A DNA stretch of 64,000 nucleotides, from the NCBI GenBank assembly GCA_964515145.1, contig CAZEVN010000002.1, forward strand, positions 18,139 to 82,138, in the 5' to 3' direction. This document shows, piece after piece, positions 9,834 to 19,273 of this stretch. A model generated the notes under the pieces. The model was not told where the DNA came from, searched no databases, and saw only the letters and a list, made by a program, of their open reading frames with translations. Position numbers and translations under genes: made by a program. The DNA is from an uncultured Enemella sp. Its GTDB lineage: Bacteria > Actinomycetota > Actinomycetes > Propionibacteriales > Propionibacteriaceae. Numbering within the stretch: position 1 is the stretch's first letter; each line of letters starts with the position of its first letter.

Positions 9834-10055
9834 ATGACCGTGCAAAATGTGGATTCCAGGGGGCTCGCCGTCGTGATTGCCCTGCGTGACGAGGCCCGTT
9901 TGGTGGCCAACCGACTGAGTGATGTGTGGGAGCAGGCGCGCACGCGCGACCATTGGACGTCCGAGGACGCGCTCGTGGCCTACCGGGTCGCCGAGGCCCG
10001 ATGGCAGGGGCTCAATGAGGCTGTCAGGGCGATAGAACTCCTGCCCAACCGATGA
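9834..10055 (+). CDS. Hypothetical small helical protein (73 aa), probably leaderless
   Basis: ORF with TATAAT placed for a leaderless start. No recognisable motif. Confidence 0.5.
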   Translation: MTVQNVDSRGLAVVIALRDEARLVANRLSDVWEQARTRDHWTSEDALVAYRVAEARWQGLNEAVRAIELLPNR

Positions 10056-10161
10056 GCTGCTGGATCGCTGGTTGAACGAAGTTTCGCCCGGCGGGGTGCC
10101 ATGGCGGATGATGGAGGCTCAGCAGGCCCGGCGAAGGTCGGGAGAATGTTCGGGGGGATGC

Positions 10162-10717
10162 ATGACTGAACCATGGAATCAGCAGGGCCATCGGCCCTAT
10201 GGGGGAGGCGGGGATCAGGGGCAGCCCTTCCAGCCCTATCCCACGCAGTCGACCGGAGGCTATGGGCAGCCCTACGGCGCGAATTATCCCGTCCAGTCCG
10301 GATACCCCGAGAGCGGTTATTCAGTCTCAGGGCTACCCGGGCCAGGCTTATTCCGGCCAGGGTTATCCGGGTCAGGGTTATCCGGGTCAGGCTTATTCCG
10401 GCCAGGGCTATCCGGGTCAGGGTTATCCGGGCCAGGTCGTGCCGGTGGCTCCGGTGGTCGCGATGGTGCCGCAGAAGTCGGCGGCCGTGGCGGGGCTGCT
10501 CTCGTTCTTCTTCGGCCCGCTCGGCATGCTCTATTCGACCTGGGTCGGCGCGTTGACCATGTTCCTGATCAACCTCGTGCTGATCTGGTTCACGGCCGGT
10601 CTCATCCTGTTCCTGACCATTCCGGCCGGTGTCGTCTGGGCCGTGATGGCCGCGAATGAACACAATCGACGCCTGCTCATGCCGATCGCTCCGATGCCGC
10701 CGACCACCTATCGCTGA
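10162..10717 (+). pseudogene. Tyr/Gly/Gln/Pro-rich N-terminal domain plus 2-TM C-terminal domain protein, apparently frameshifted near 10318-10330
   Basis: From 10162 the frame reads MTEPWNQQGHRPYGGGGDQGQPFQPYPTQSTGGYGQPYGANYPVQSGYPESGY. The +1 frame then continues SQGYPGQAYSGQGYPGQGYPGQ...AVAGLLSFFFGPLGMLYSTWVGALTMFLINLVLIWFTAGLILFLTIPAGVVWAVMAA to the stop at 10717. The alternative is an intact shorter gene from ATG 10262. Confidence 0.6.
10328..10432 (+). repeat. Seven tandem 15-nt units CAGGGYTAYCCGGGY (encoding QGYPG/QAYSG)
   Basis: Units start at 10328, 10343, 10358, 10373, 10388, 10403 and 10418. They also show a 45-nt higher-order periodicity. Confidence 0.9.
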
Positions 10718-10787
10718 GGCAGGCATGGCTCCGGCCATGCTTATGTCAAGATTGACATGTTTTTGGTGTCATGGTTAGCTCGCTCGC

Positions 10788-11438
10788 GTGAGCTACCCCG
10801 CAGAGTTGCGCAGGGCCGGTCAGGTCCTCTTCGGTGAAAACCTCCTGACGGCGTTCGGCCATGTCTCTGTGCGCGACGGCGATCGTTTGGTCATCACCCC
10901 GCCGACCCCGCTCGGTGACCTCGACCCGGGAGCGTGCCGGGAACTCGCCCTCGATGCGACGGAGCTCCCGCCGGGGATCCCGCTCGAGGCCTGGCTCCAT
11001 CTAGAGATCTATCGCGCGCGCCCCGATGTGGGGGCCATCTGTCGGGCCCAGCCCGAGGTCGCGACCGCCCTCGGCTCCACCGATCAGCCCATCGTTCCTC
11101 TGCATGGCCAGGGCGCGTTCTGCGGTGCGGGCGTACCCGTCTTCCCCGAAGCCCAGCTGGTCCGCGACCGCGAGCGCGGGGAGCGTCTCGCTGCGGCTCT
11201 CGGTCACGGCACCGCGCTCATCATGTGCGGCAACGGCGCGGTGACGGTCGGCCCCGATATCGGCCGGGCGACGGCACTCATGTGGGTGCTGGAGATGTCG
11301 GCCCGCATGAACTCCGCAGCGGCTGCCGCAGGCACGCGCATCCCCCTGTCCGAGGCCGACCAGGCAGCCTGGCGCGGCGTCGCCGACGAACTGCTGGGCC
11401 GCATCTGGACCCACCTCGCCACGCAGCACGCCGACTGA
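10788..11438 (+). CDS. Class II aldolase/adducin-family protein
   Basis: 216 aa. N-terminal FGHVSVRDGDRLVITPP and overall layout are typical of class II aldolase-like proteins. Confidence 0.8.
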   Translation: MSYPAELRRAGQVLFGENLLTAFGHVSVRDGDRLVITPPTPLGDLDPGACRELALDATELPPGIPLEAWLHLEIYRARPDVGAICRAQPEVATALGSTDQPIVPLHGQGAFCGAGVPVFPEAQLVRDRERGERLAAALGHGTALIMCGNGAVTVGPDIGRATALMWVLEMSARMNSAAAAAGTRIPLSEADQAAWRGVADELLGRIWTHLATQHAD

Positions 11439-11463
11439 CCCCGATCCCGCGCAAAGGAGCACC

Positions 11464-12339
11464 ATGATCACCCTCACCGACCTGGCGTACGTCCGCATCG
11501 GCACCCAGGACCTCGACACCCAGACCGAGTTCGCCCAGCGCATCGTCGGCCTCGAACTGGTCGAGAAGACCGCGGACACGGCATCCTTCCGCGCCGACAA
11601 CCGCCGTCACTGCGTCCAGTTCGTGAAGGGCGAGCCGCGCAGCCTGTCCAGCGCGTTCACCGTGGCGGACGGCGACCTTCCCGCGGCGGCCGACTATCTG
11701 ACAGGCCAGGGGATCGAGGTCCATCAGGGCACGGTCGAGGAGTGTGCCGAGCGGCACGTGAAGGAGTTCATCTCCTTCCGGGACACCGGCGACAACGTCG
11801 TCGAGCTGGTCTCGGGCCAGACCCACTATGAGTCCCGGCCCGTTCGCTTCGCTCGTCCCGCCGGCATCCTCGAGTTCGGCCACCTCGGGCTCGAGGCACC
11901 CGATGTCGTCGAGGCCCAGAAGTTCTGGTGTGGCCACTTCAACATCCAGGTCTCCGACTGGATCGGCACCAAGGCCTGCCTCATGCGCTTCGATCCGGTG
12001 CACCACAAGCTGGCGGTGTTCGACGACAACACCGGCCTGGGTCACGTCAACTTCCAGGTCGAGTCGATCGACGACATCATGCGCAACTATCACTTCCTGC
12101 AATATCACGGCGTCGAGATCGTGATGGGTCCCGGCCGTCACCCCCAGTCGACCGCGGTCTTCCTCTATTTCCACGGACCCGAAGACGTGACGTGGGAATA
12201 TTCGTTCGGCGTCCGCCGCATCCCGGAGGACTCCGGCTGGGTGCCGCGGCACTTCGATGTGTCCCAACCCGACTTCATCGACATGTGGAAGGGTGGCCTC
12301 GCCGGCGCAGGGCCGAAGTGGTCCGAACGCGCGCTCTGA
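11464..12339 (+). CDS. VOC-superfamily extradiol ring-cleavage dioxygenase (two-domain, BphC/HsaC-like)
   Basis: 291 aa. Two glyoxalase-like repeats (LAYVRIGTQDL..., FGHLGLEAPDV..., LGHVNFQVESIDD). RBS AAAGGAG upstream. Confidence 0.8.
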   Translation: MITLTDLAYVRIGTQDLDTQTEFAQRIVGLELVEKTADTASFRADNRRHCVQFVKGEPRSLSSAFTVADGDLPAAADYLTGQGIEVHQGTVEECAERHVKEFISFRDTGDNVVELVSGQTHYESRPVRFARPAGILEFGHLGLEAPDVVEAQKFWCGHFNIQVSDWIGTKACLMRFDPVHHKLAVFDDNTGLGHVNFQVESIDDIMRNYHFLQYHGVEIVMGPGRHPQSTAVFLYFHGPEDVTWEYSFGVRRIPEDSGWVPRHFDVSQPDFIDMWKGGLAGAGPKWSERAL

Positions 12340-12364
12340 CCCACCCCCCTTTGACAGGAGGACG

Positions 12365-12958
12365 ATGAGCCTCAAGTACGCCGTTCTCGGCGTTCTCGAT
12401 GCCCGCTCCATGACTGGCTATGAGCTGAGCCAGTTCCTCGACGGCTCCACCGGCTGGCTCTGGGCGGCCAACCACAGCCAGATCTATCCCCTGCTCGGCC
12501 GCCTGGTCGAGCAGGGGCTCGTCGTCGGGGTCGACGACGCGCGGGGTGAGCAGCGCCGCACGACCTACACCCTGACCGATGCCGGCCGTGAGGATCTGCT
12601 CGGCTGGGTCTCCGGCATCCACCCGCCCGGCCGCGACAACGATGCCTTCGCGCTGCAGGCGGTGTTCCTCGACATGGTGCCGGGCACGTCGGCTGCGCAG
12701 GTCCTGCGCGAGTACGCCGACCGCCAGCGGGCAGCCGCCGACCAGGCCCGGCAGCACTCCGACCAGCTCGCAGCCGGAGAAACTCCGTTGATCCGGGAAC
12801 GGCTCCAGGTGCGCCCCACAACCGAACACGAAGCCATCACGCGGCTCAAGGCGACGGTGTTCGCGGGGCAGGCAGCGGTCGCCACTGCCCGGGCCCAATG
12901 GGCCGAGGCGATGCTGGTGGCGTTGGCCGAGGTCGGCCGCCTGCACATGGACGCCTGA
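12365..12958 (+). CDS. PadR-family transcriptional regulator
   Basis: Winged-helix MSLKYAVLGVLDARSMTGYELSQFL...SQIYPLLGRLVEQGLV. GGAGG lies 4-8 nt upstream of ATG 12365. Confidence 0.85.
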   Translation: MSLKYAVLGVLDARSMTGYELSQFLDGSTGWLWAANHSQIYPLLGRLVEQGLVVGVDDARGEQRRTTYTLTDAGREDLLGWVSGIHPPGRDNDAFALQAVFLDMVPGTSAAQVLREYADRQRAAADQARQHSDQLAAGETPLIRERLQVRPTTEHEAITRLKATVFAGQAAVATARAQWAEAMLVALAEVGRLHMDA

Positions 12959-13027
12959 TCAGTCCCTGCCGGCTTCCGGGTGGAACACGTGCGCGGCCTC
13001 CGAGCGTGCATCGCTAAAGTGCCCGCC

Positions 13028-16000
13028 ATGTTCTCCAAAGTTCTGGTCGCCAACCGTGGCGAGATCGCCGTCCGTGCCTTCCGCGCCGCCACCGAGTTGG
13101 GGGCCCGAACCGTTGCGGTGTTCCCGCGCGAGGATCGCAATGCCGAACACCGCATCAAGGCGGACGAGGCTTACCAGATCGGCGAGGAAGGCCACCCGGT
13201 CCGCGCCTATCTCGACATCGACGAGATCATCCGCGTCGCCAAGGAGTCCGGCGCCGACGCCGTCTATCCCGGATATGGCTTCCTGTCGGAGAACCCCGAC
13301 CTCGCCGAGGCATGTGCGCAGAACGGACTGACATTCATCGGCCCGCCCGCGAAGGTGCTCGAGATGGCCGGCAACAAGGTCTCGGCGCTGGCCTCGGCCC
13401 GCGCGGCCGGCGTACCCACTCTGAAATCCACCCCGCCCAGCCGCGACGTCGACGCCCTCATCGCCGGTGCCAACGAGATCGGCTTCCCGGTCTTCGTGAA
13501 GGCTGTCGCCGGTGGCGGTGGTCGCGGCATGCGCCGCGTCGACTCGGCCGACAAGCTGCCCGAGGCGCTCGGCGCGGCGATGCGCGAGGCGGAGGGCGCT
13601 TTCGGCGATCCGACGATGTTCATCGAGCAGGCCGTGATGCGCCCCCGCCACATCGAGGTGCAGATCCTGGCTGACACCCAGGGCAACGTCATGCACCTGT
13701 TCGAGCGGGGACTGCTCGATCCAGCGGCGCCACCAGAAGGTTGTCGAGATCGCGCCCGCCCCGAACATCTCCGAAGCACTCCGCGCGCAGCTGTGCGCCG
13801 ATGCGGTGAAGTTCGCCGAGTCGATCAACTATTCGTGCGCCGGCACGGTCGAGTTCCTCCTCGAGACCGAGGGTGAGCGCGCCGGCCAGCACGTGTTCAT
13901 CGAGATGAACCCGCGCATCCAGGTCGAGCACACCGTCACCGAGGAGATCACCGACGTCGACCTCGTGCAGGCCCAGATGCGCATCGCGTCGGGCGAGTCG
14001 CTCGCCGATCTCGGCCTGTCGCAGGACGAGCTGGAGATCCGCGGCGCCGCCCTCCAGTGCCGCATCACCACGGAGGATCCGACCAACGGCTTCCGCCCCG
14101 ATACGGGCATCATCTCCGGTTATCGCTCGGCCGGCGGTGCCGGCGTACGCCTGGACGGCGGCACCGTCGCCACCGGCGTCGAGATCAACCCCCACTTCGA
14201 CTCGCTGTTGGTGAAGCTCACCACGCGCGGTCGCGATTTCGCCCTCGCCGTGGCTCGCGCCCGTCGGGCGCTGGTCGAGTTCCGCGTGCGCGGTGTCGCG
14301 ACCAATGTGCCGTTCCTGCAGGCGGTGCTCGCCGACCCGGCGTTCATCGCCGGAGACCTGTCGACGTCGTTCATCGACGAGCGGCCGGAGCTGCTGACGA
14401 TGCGTACCCCCGGTGACCGCGGCACCCGCGTCCTCAACTGGCTCGCGGACGTGACGGTGAACAAGCCCCACGGGGTCCGGCCGATCCATACCAACCCGGT
14501 CGAGAAGCTCCCGACGGTCGACCTGTCCGTGCCGGTGCTCGACGGTTCCCGGCAGCGGCTGGAAGCCCTCGGCCCGGAGCAGTTCGCCGCCGAGTTGCGC
14601 GCCGCCAGGCATGTCGAGGTCACCGACACCACGTTCCGCGATGCGCACCAGTCGCTGCTCGCGACCCGCGTCCGCACCAAGGACCTCCTCGAAGCGGCGC
14701 CGGTCATGGCGCGCATGCTCCCGGGGCTGTTCTCGGTCGAGTGCTGGGGCGGGGCGACCTATGACGTCGCACTGCGCTTCCTCGCCGAGGATCCCTGGGA
14801 GCGGCTCGGCGCACTGCGCGAGACCATGCCCGGCCACTCGCTCCAGATGCTGCTGCGTGGGCGCAACACCGTCGGCTACACGCCCTATCCGACCGAGGTC
14901 ACCCGGGCCTTCGTTGCCGAAGCCGATCGCGTCGGCATCGACATCTTCCGCGTGTTCGATGCCCTCAACGATGTCGAGCAGATGCGCCCGGCGATCGAAG
15001 CCGTCCGCGAGACCAACCGGTCCGTGGCCGAGGTCGCGCTCGTCTACACCTCCGACCTCAACAACCCGGGCGAGAAGATCTACACGCTCGATTACTACCT
15101 GCGCCTTGCCGAGAAGATCGTCGACGCCGGGGCGCACGTCCTGTGTGTGAAGGACATGGCCGGGCTCCTGCGCCCGTACGCCGCCAAGCGCCTCATCACC
15201 GCCCTCCGCGAGCGGTTCGACCTGCCGGTTCATCTGCACACCCATGACACCGCCGGCGGCCAGCTCGCCACGCTCATTGCGGCCATCGAGGCGGGGGTCG
15301 ACGCGGTCGATGTCGCGTCGGCGTCCATGGGTGGCAACACCAGCCAGGTCCCGGCGTCCGCGCTCGTCGCCGCGCTCGAACACCAGGAGCGGGAGACCAA
15401 ACTCACCGCCCCCGGCAACCAGGCGTACGCCGGCAACGACCTTCGCGCCGTCATGGACCTGGAGCCCTACTGGGAGACCGTGCGCTCGGCGTACAAGCCC
15501 TTCGAGGCCGGACTGCAGTCGCCGACCGGTCGCGTGTATGACCACGAGATCCCCGGTGGGCAGCTCTCCAACCTGCGCGTCCAGGCGATCGCGCTCGGGC
15601 TGGGGGAGCGGTTCGAGGAGATCGAGCGGATGTACGCCGCAGCCGACAAGATCCTGGGCCGCCCGACGAAGGTGACCCCGAGCTCCAAGGTCGTCGGCGA
15701 TCTCGCCCTGCATCTCGTCGCGGTGAACGCCGACCCGGCCGGTGGCTGGCCCGAGCCGTTCCGCACCAAGGCGCTCGGTGGCCGCAAGTCGCCGGCGCGC
15801 GAGGTCGAGGTGCCGGCCGAGGACCTGCCGAAGCTCGCCGAGGCGGGCCGGGAACGTCAGGAGACCCTCAACAAGCTCCTGTTCCCCGGGCCGACCAAGG
15901 ACTTCACTGCCAACCGGGCCACCTATGGCGACCTGTCGAGCGTGCCGACGCTCGAATATCTCTATGGCCTCGAGTCGGACACCGAGCACGCCGTGCGCCT

Positions 16001-16385
16001 GGGCCAGGGCGTGACGCTGCTCGTCGCGCTGCAGTCGATCGGCGATGCGGACAACAAGGGCATGCGGACCGTCATGACCACGCTCAATGGCCAGCTCCGG
16101 CCGGTGCGGGTGCGGGATCGGTCGATCAAGGTCGAGAGTGTGGCCGCCGAGCGGGCCGACACGTCGCAGCCGGGTCACGTCGCGGCGCCGTTCGCGGGTG
16201 CGGTTTCCGTCACCGTCCAGCCGGGCGACACCGTCAGGGCCGGCGACACGGTCGCGACCATCGAGGCGATGAAGATGGAGGCGTCCATCACCACGTCCGT
16301 GACCGGCACGGTCGAGCGCGTGGCACTGCGCGGGGTCCAGTCCGTCGAGGGCGGCGATCTCGTGCTGGTGGTCAAGCCCGCCTGA
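13028..16385 (+). pseudogene. pyc: Pyruvate carboxylase, interrupted by a +1 frameshift in the G-run at 13707-13710 (or a sequencing error)
   Basis: The biotin carboxylase N-terminus MFSKVLVANRGEIAVRAFRAA...HLFER breaks off. The conserved continuation DCSIQRRHQKVVEIAPAP...IEMNPRIQVEHTVTE is in the +1 frame. The carboxyltransferase domain and the biotinyl EAMKME motif follow, up to the stop at 16385. Confidence 0.9.
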
Positions 16386-16413
16386 CCCGGACGCTCACCC
16401 GGTCAGGCGCCGA

Positions 16414-16911
16414 TCAGGGGCGTTCGGCCAGGGCCGCCGCGAGTTCTGTGGCGGTCCCGGTGCCCCGGCCGGCCGGGATCACGGCCCAGTCGCCCTGACG
16501 CACGGCGCGCAGCTCGCGGTGGCGGTGGAAGAAGACCTCCGGGTCGGCGGGGACGAGGACCAGCGACGATCGGACGCGACCCCTGGAGTCGGTGTCGGTG
16601 CGGGGTTCGAGACCGGTGAGTTCCTGCCACGACACGCGCGTGCCGATGCGATGGAATCGCGTGATGTGCAGGCCCTCGGTCGACATCGTGATGGTGCGGG
16701 CCAGGGGGGCGGGGCCACCGAAGAAGGTCAACCCCACTGCTGCCACGGCGAGGGCGACCAGGGCATAGATGCCGTGGCCGATGTTCACCGACCAGAGCAT
16801 GAACAGGCCGGCGACCAGAGCCAGGACTCCCCACTGCACTGCGGCCCGCAGACGAGACCACCCCCGGGTGGTGACGGTCCGGCCGACGGTGACGAGATGA
16901 GGTGCTGGCAC
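16414..16911 (-). CDS. Hypothetical membrane protein (two N-terminal TM helices plus a soluble C-terminal domain)
   Basis: 165-aa ORF. Helices VLALVAGLFMLWSV and IYALVALAVAAVGLTFF. Convergent with pyc. Confidence 0.6.
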   Translation of the reverse strand: MPAPHLVTVGRTVTTRGWSRLRAAVQWGVLALVAGLFMLWSVNIGHGIYALVALAVAAVGLTFFGGPAPLARTITMSTEGLHITRFHRIGTRVSWQELTGLEPRTDTDSRGRVRSSLVLVPADPEVFFHRHRELRAVRQGDWAVIPAGRGTGTATELAAALAERP

Positions 16912-16920
16912 GGTCCGAGA

Positions 16921-17607
16921 CTAGCCCAGCCGCGCCCAGTGGAACGCGATCACATCGGGTGCTGCGCGGCCGTTGCGCTCGGCCTCGGTGGCCCAGTCCG
17001 GGAGCCGGGCCAGGAATTCCGCGAGCGTACGCGCGATCTGTGCGTGGCCCGGATCGTCGATAGTGGCGGCAGCGATCAGGTCCCCGTGCTGCCGAACGGC
17101 AGTGAACGGCAGATAGCCCACTGTGACGTCCGGTGTCGGGGTGAGGGGCAGCCGGGCGGGGGAGCGGAGGATGCGGCCGAGGGCGGCGTCCGTGGGTACG
17201 CCGCCCAGGGACAGCGCGAAGTCGAAGTCGGCGATGGCCCGCGCATCCAGGGACAGGCCGAGCGTGCCCCACGCGCGTCGGGTCACCAGGTGTTCGAGGA
17301 GCTGCCAGCCCACGCCCGCCCGTTCCGGTGCCGCGTGGCGCCCGGACAACAAGGTGTCGAGGTCGTCCGGATTCGGTCCGTCGCCCGCTGTGGCCCCGGA
17401 GCCGGGCGGCTGGGGCGTACCGCGGCGGGCGAAGAGCCGGGACAGGAACCCCCGCCCGGGGGCGGGCGGCGGCAGCAGGACGGCGGCCTCGGCCTCGGCC
17501 CAGGCCCGCGTCGCAGGATCGGCACCGATGAGGTCGCGCACCTCGTTGATGCTGATCGCATGGAGCCGCAGAAGCGGGGGAGCGGGCTCCGGCGTGCTCG
17601 CTGCCAT
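16921..17607 (-). CDS. Hypothetical protein (228 aa)
   Basis: The start was set at MAASTPEP, codon 112 of ORF 16921..17940. The upstream part of that ORF is Arg/His-rich and looks non-coding. It lies 9 nt upstream of 16414..16911. Confidence 0.6.
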   Translation of the reverse strand: MAASTPEPAPPLLRLHAISINEVRDLIGADPATRAWAEAEAAVLLPPPAPGRGFLSRLFARRGTPQPPGSGATAGDGPNPDDLDTLLSGRHAAPERAGVGWQLLEHLVTRRAWGTLGLSLDARAIADFDFALSLGGVPTDAALGRILRSPARLPLTPTPDVTVGYLPFTAVRQHGDLIAAATIDDPGHAQIARTLAEFLARLPDWATEAERNGRAAPDVIAFHWARLG

Positions 17608-17655
17608 GCATCCCACGCTAACGAGCCGCTCCGCCGAAGACCATAGGCTGGCCCG

Positions 17656-17745
17656 GTGAATCCTCGAATCCGTCGCCTGATCGTCTCCGGTGTGCTTGTG
17701 GCATTGGTGGTCATCGTGGTCGTTGCGGCCCTGTTGAATTCCTGA
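17656..17745 (+). CDS. Candidate 29-codon hydrophobic micro-ORF (VNPRIRRLIVSGVLVALVVIVVVAALLNS)
   Basis: GTG start with a basic N-terminus and a 19-residue hydrophobic stretch. No SD and only moderate GC3. It is too short for the supplied ORF track. Confidence 0.3.
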   Translation: MNPRIRRLIVSGVLVALVVIVVVAALLNS

Positions 17746-17775
17746 TGCCTCGTCTTGAATTCCTGATGCATCGTC
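17734..17775 (+). repeat. Tandem direct repeat, 2 x 21 nt (TTGAATTCCTGATGCMTCGTC)
   Basis: 17734-17754 and 17755-17775 differ at one base. The repeat sits in the divergent intergenic region upstream of 17817. Confidence 0.9.
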
Positions 17776-17816
17776 GGCCTCGCTAGGCTGCAGGCATTCC
17801 TCGCGGAAAGACAGAC

Positions 17817-19208
17817 ATGACAGGATTCCCCGCCGGCCCCCGGTCTGCTCGGCAGCGACGCCGGAGCGTCCGCTCCCGACTGGGCGTGCTGGCCGCAGCG
17901 CCGCTGCTGGCGTACGCCGCCCTGACCGGTGGTCCCGCACACGCTGAGCCAGTAACTTCCGGAGTGGCGTTCACCATCGGTGACCCGCGCATCACGGAGT
18001 CGTCGGGGTTGGCGGCGGATACGGACAACAACGTGTTCTGGACCGTCAACGACTCGGGTGACCACGGCATTGTTTATGCCATCGGTCCCGAGGGCCGGAC
18101 CCGCGGCACGGTCGAGTTCTCGGCCACGCCGCAGGACGTCGAGGCGGTGGCGTACGCCAACGGCAGTCTCTATGTCGCCGACATCGGTGACAACGCCCGA
18201 AGCCGGGAGAGCGTCACGATCTATAGGATCCCGTCGCCGAGGCCGGGTCAGGACGTCGGGGAAAACTTCACCGCCTATGAGTTCGTCTATCCCGACGGGC
18301 CGCGGGACGCGGAGGCCATCCTCGTGGACGATGCCGGTCGCATCCGGATCGTCTCCAAGGAAGCCAAGGGTGGGATCTATCTCGCCCCACGCCAGCTGAC
18401 CACCTCCGGGCCCAATCGGCTCGAGCGGGTTGCCGATGCCAAGGCGTTCGTCACCGATGGGACCGTGCTGCCCGACGGGCGCTTCGTCGTCCGGACCTAT
18501 GTCGCCGTCGAGATTCTCGACCGTGACCTCTATTCACCCGTTGCCAGGGCGACCCTGCCGTTCCAGCTGCAGGGCGAATCACTCACGGTGAGCCTGTCGG
18601 GCAATGCCCTGCTCGTGGGGTCCGAGGGTCAGCAGTCAGCCGTGTTACGGGTGCCGATCCCGGAGGAATTGGCCGTCGTTCCCGATGCTGCGGACACGCC
18701 GCCCCCGAGTCCGGACCCGACCCCTGAACCGACTCCTGAGCCGGCGCTCGGAGTCGGTGCCGGCATCAACCGCACAGGCACGTTCATCGCCATCGGAATG
18801 GCCGTCCTGCTATCGATCGCCGCCGGGGCGGTCGTCTTCCTGCGCGGCCGGAATGTGACAGTTCCGCCCACTCCGTCGGCGCGTCGGGGCTGGGATGAGC
18901 CGGCGCGGACGCCGGGAGCGGACTCCTCGACGGAGCCCGGCGAGGACGAGCAGGACGGGCCAGACGCGCTGGACGAGTTGGACGAGCCGGACGAGCCTCC
19001 GCGCGAGGAAGGCATCCGCACCGTCCTCCGGGACTCGGATGGCAACGTGCGCGCCCCGTGGCAGTGGGCTGCGGAACCACCCTCGAGCGACTCCGCCTCC
19101 AGCACGCCCGAGGACTCGACGCAACCGAGGCCGCAACCGGCCGACGATGCGGCATTCGACTGGGACGAATCGGCCCGCCAGTTCCGTGACAAGGGCAGAT
19201 CCGACTAG
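17817..19208 (+). CDS. Secreted, C-terminally membrane-anchored beta-propeller-like protein with Pro-rich linker and acidic cytoplasmic tail
   Basis: Signal-like N-terminus (RRRSVRSRLGVLAAAPLLAYAALTGGPAHA). Repeated SSG/DSGD/ADIGDN strands. TM segment GTFIAIGMAVLLSIAAGAVVFL. D/E/P-rich tail. Confidence 0.8.
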   Translation: MTGFPAGPRSARQRRRSVRSRLGVLAAAPLLAYAALTGGPAHAEPVTSGVAFTIGDPRITESSGLAADTDNNVFWTVNDSGDHGIVYAIGPEGRTRGTVEFSATPQDVEAVAYANGSLYVADIGDNARSRESVTIYRIPSPRPGQDVGENFTAYEFVYPDGPRDAEAILVDDAGRIRIVSKEAKGGIYLAPRQLTTSGPNRLERVADAKAFVTDGTVLPDGRFVVRTYVAVEILDRDLYSPVARATLPFQLQGESLTVSLSGNALLVGSEGQQSAVLRVPIPEELAVVPDAADTPPPSPDPTPEPTPEPALGVGAGINRTGTFIAIGMAVLLSIAAGAVVFLRGRNVTVPPTPSARRGWDEPARTPGADSSTEPGEDEQDGPDALDELDEPDEPPREEGIRTVLRDSDGNVRAPWQWAAEPPSSDSASSTPEDSTQPRPQPADDAAFDWDESARQFRDKGRSD

Positions 19209-19273
19209 AGCCCGACAACGGCTGTTCGGTTGTGAACGTGCGTGCACCGCGTCACTCGGGTCCCTAGCCCAGC

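Noticed and set aside
10328-10432. CRISPR-like regular repeats
   Set aside because: The units are contiguous 15-nt coding repeats (QGYPG) with no spacers, and there are no cas genes anywhere in the window.
13689-16178. 829-aa minus-strand ORF antisense to pyruvate carboxylase
   Set aside because: Same shadow-ORF composition. The plus strand carries every conserved pyc motif.
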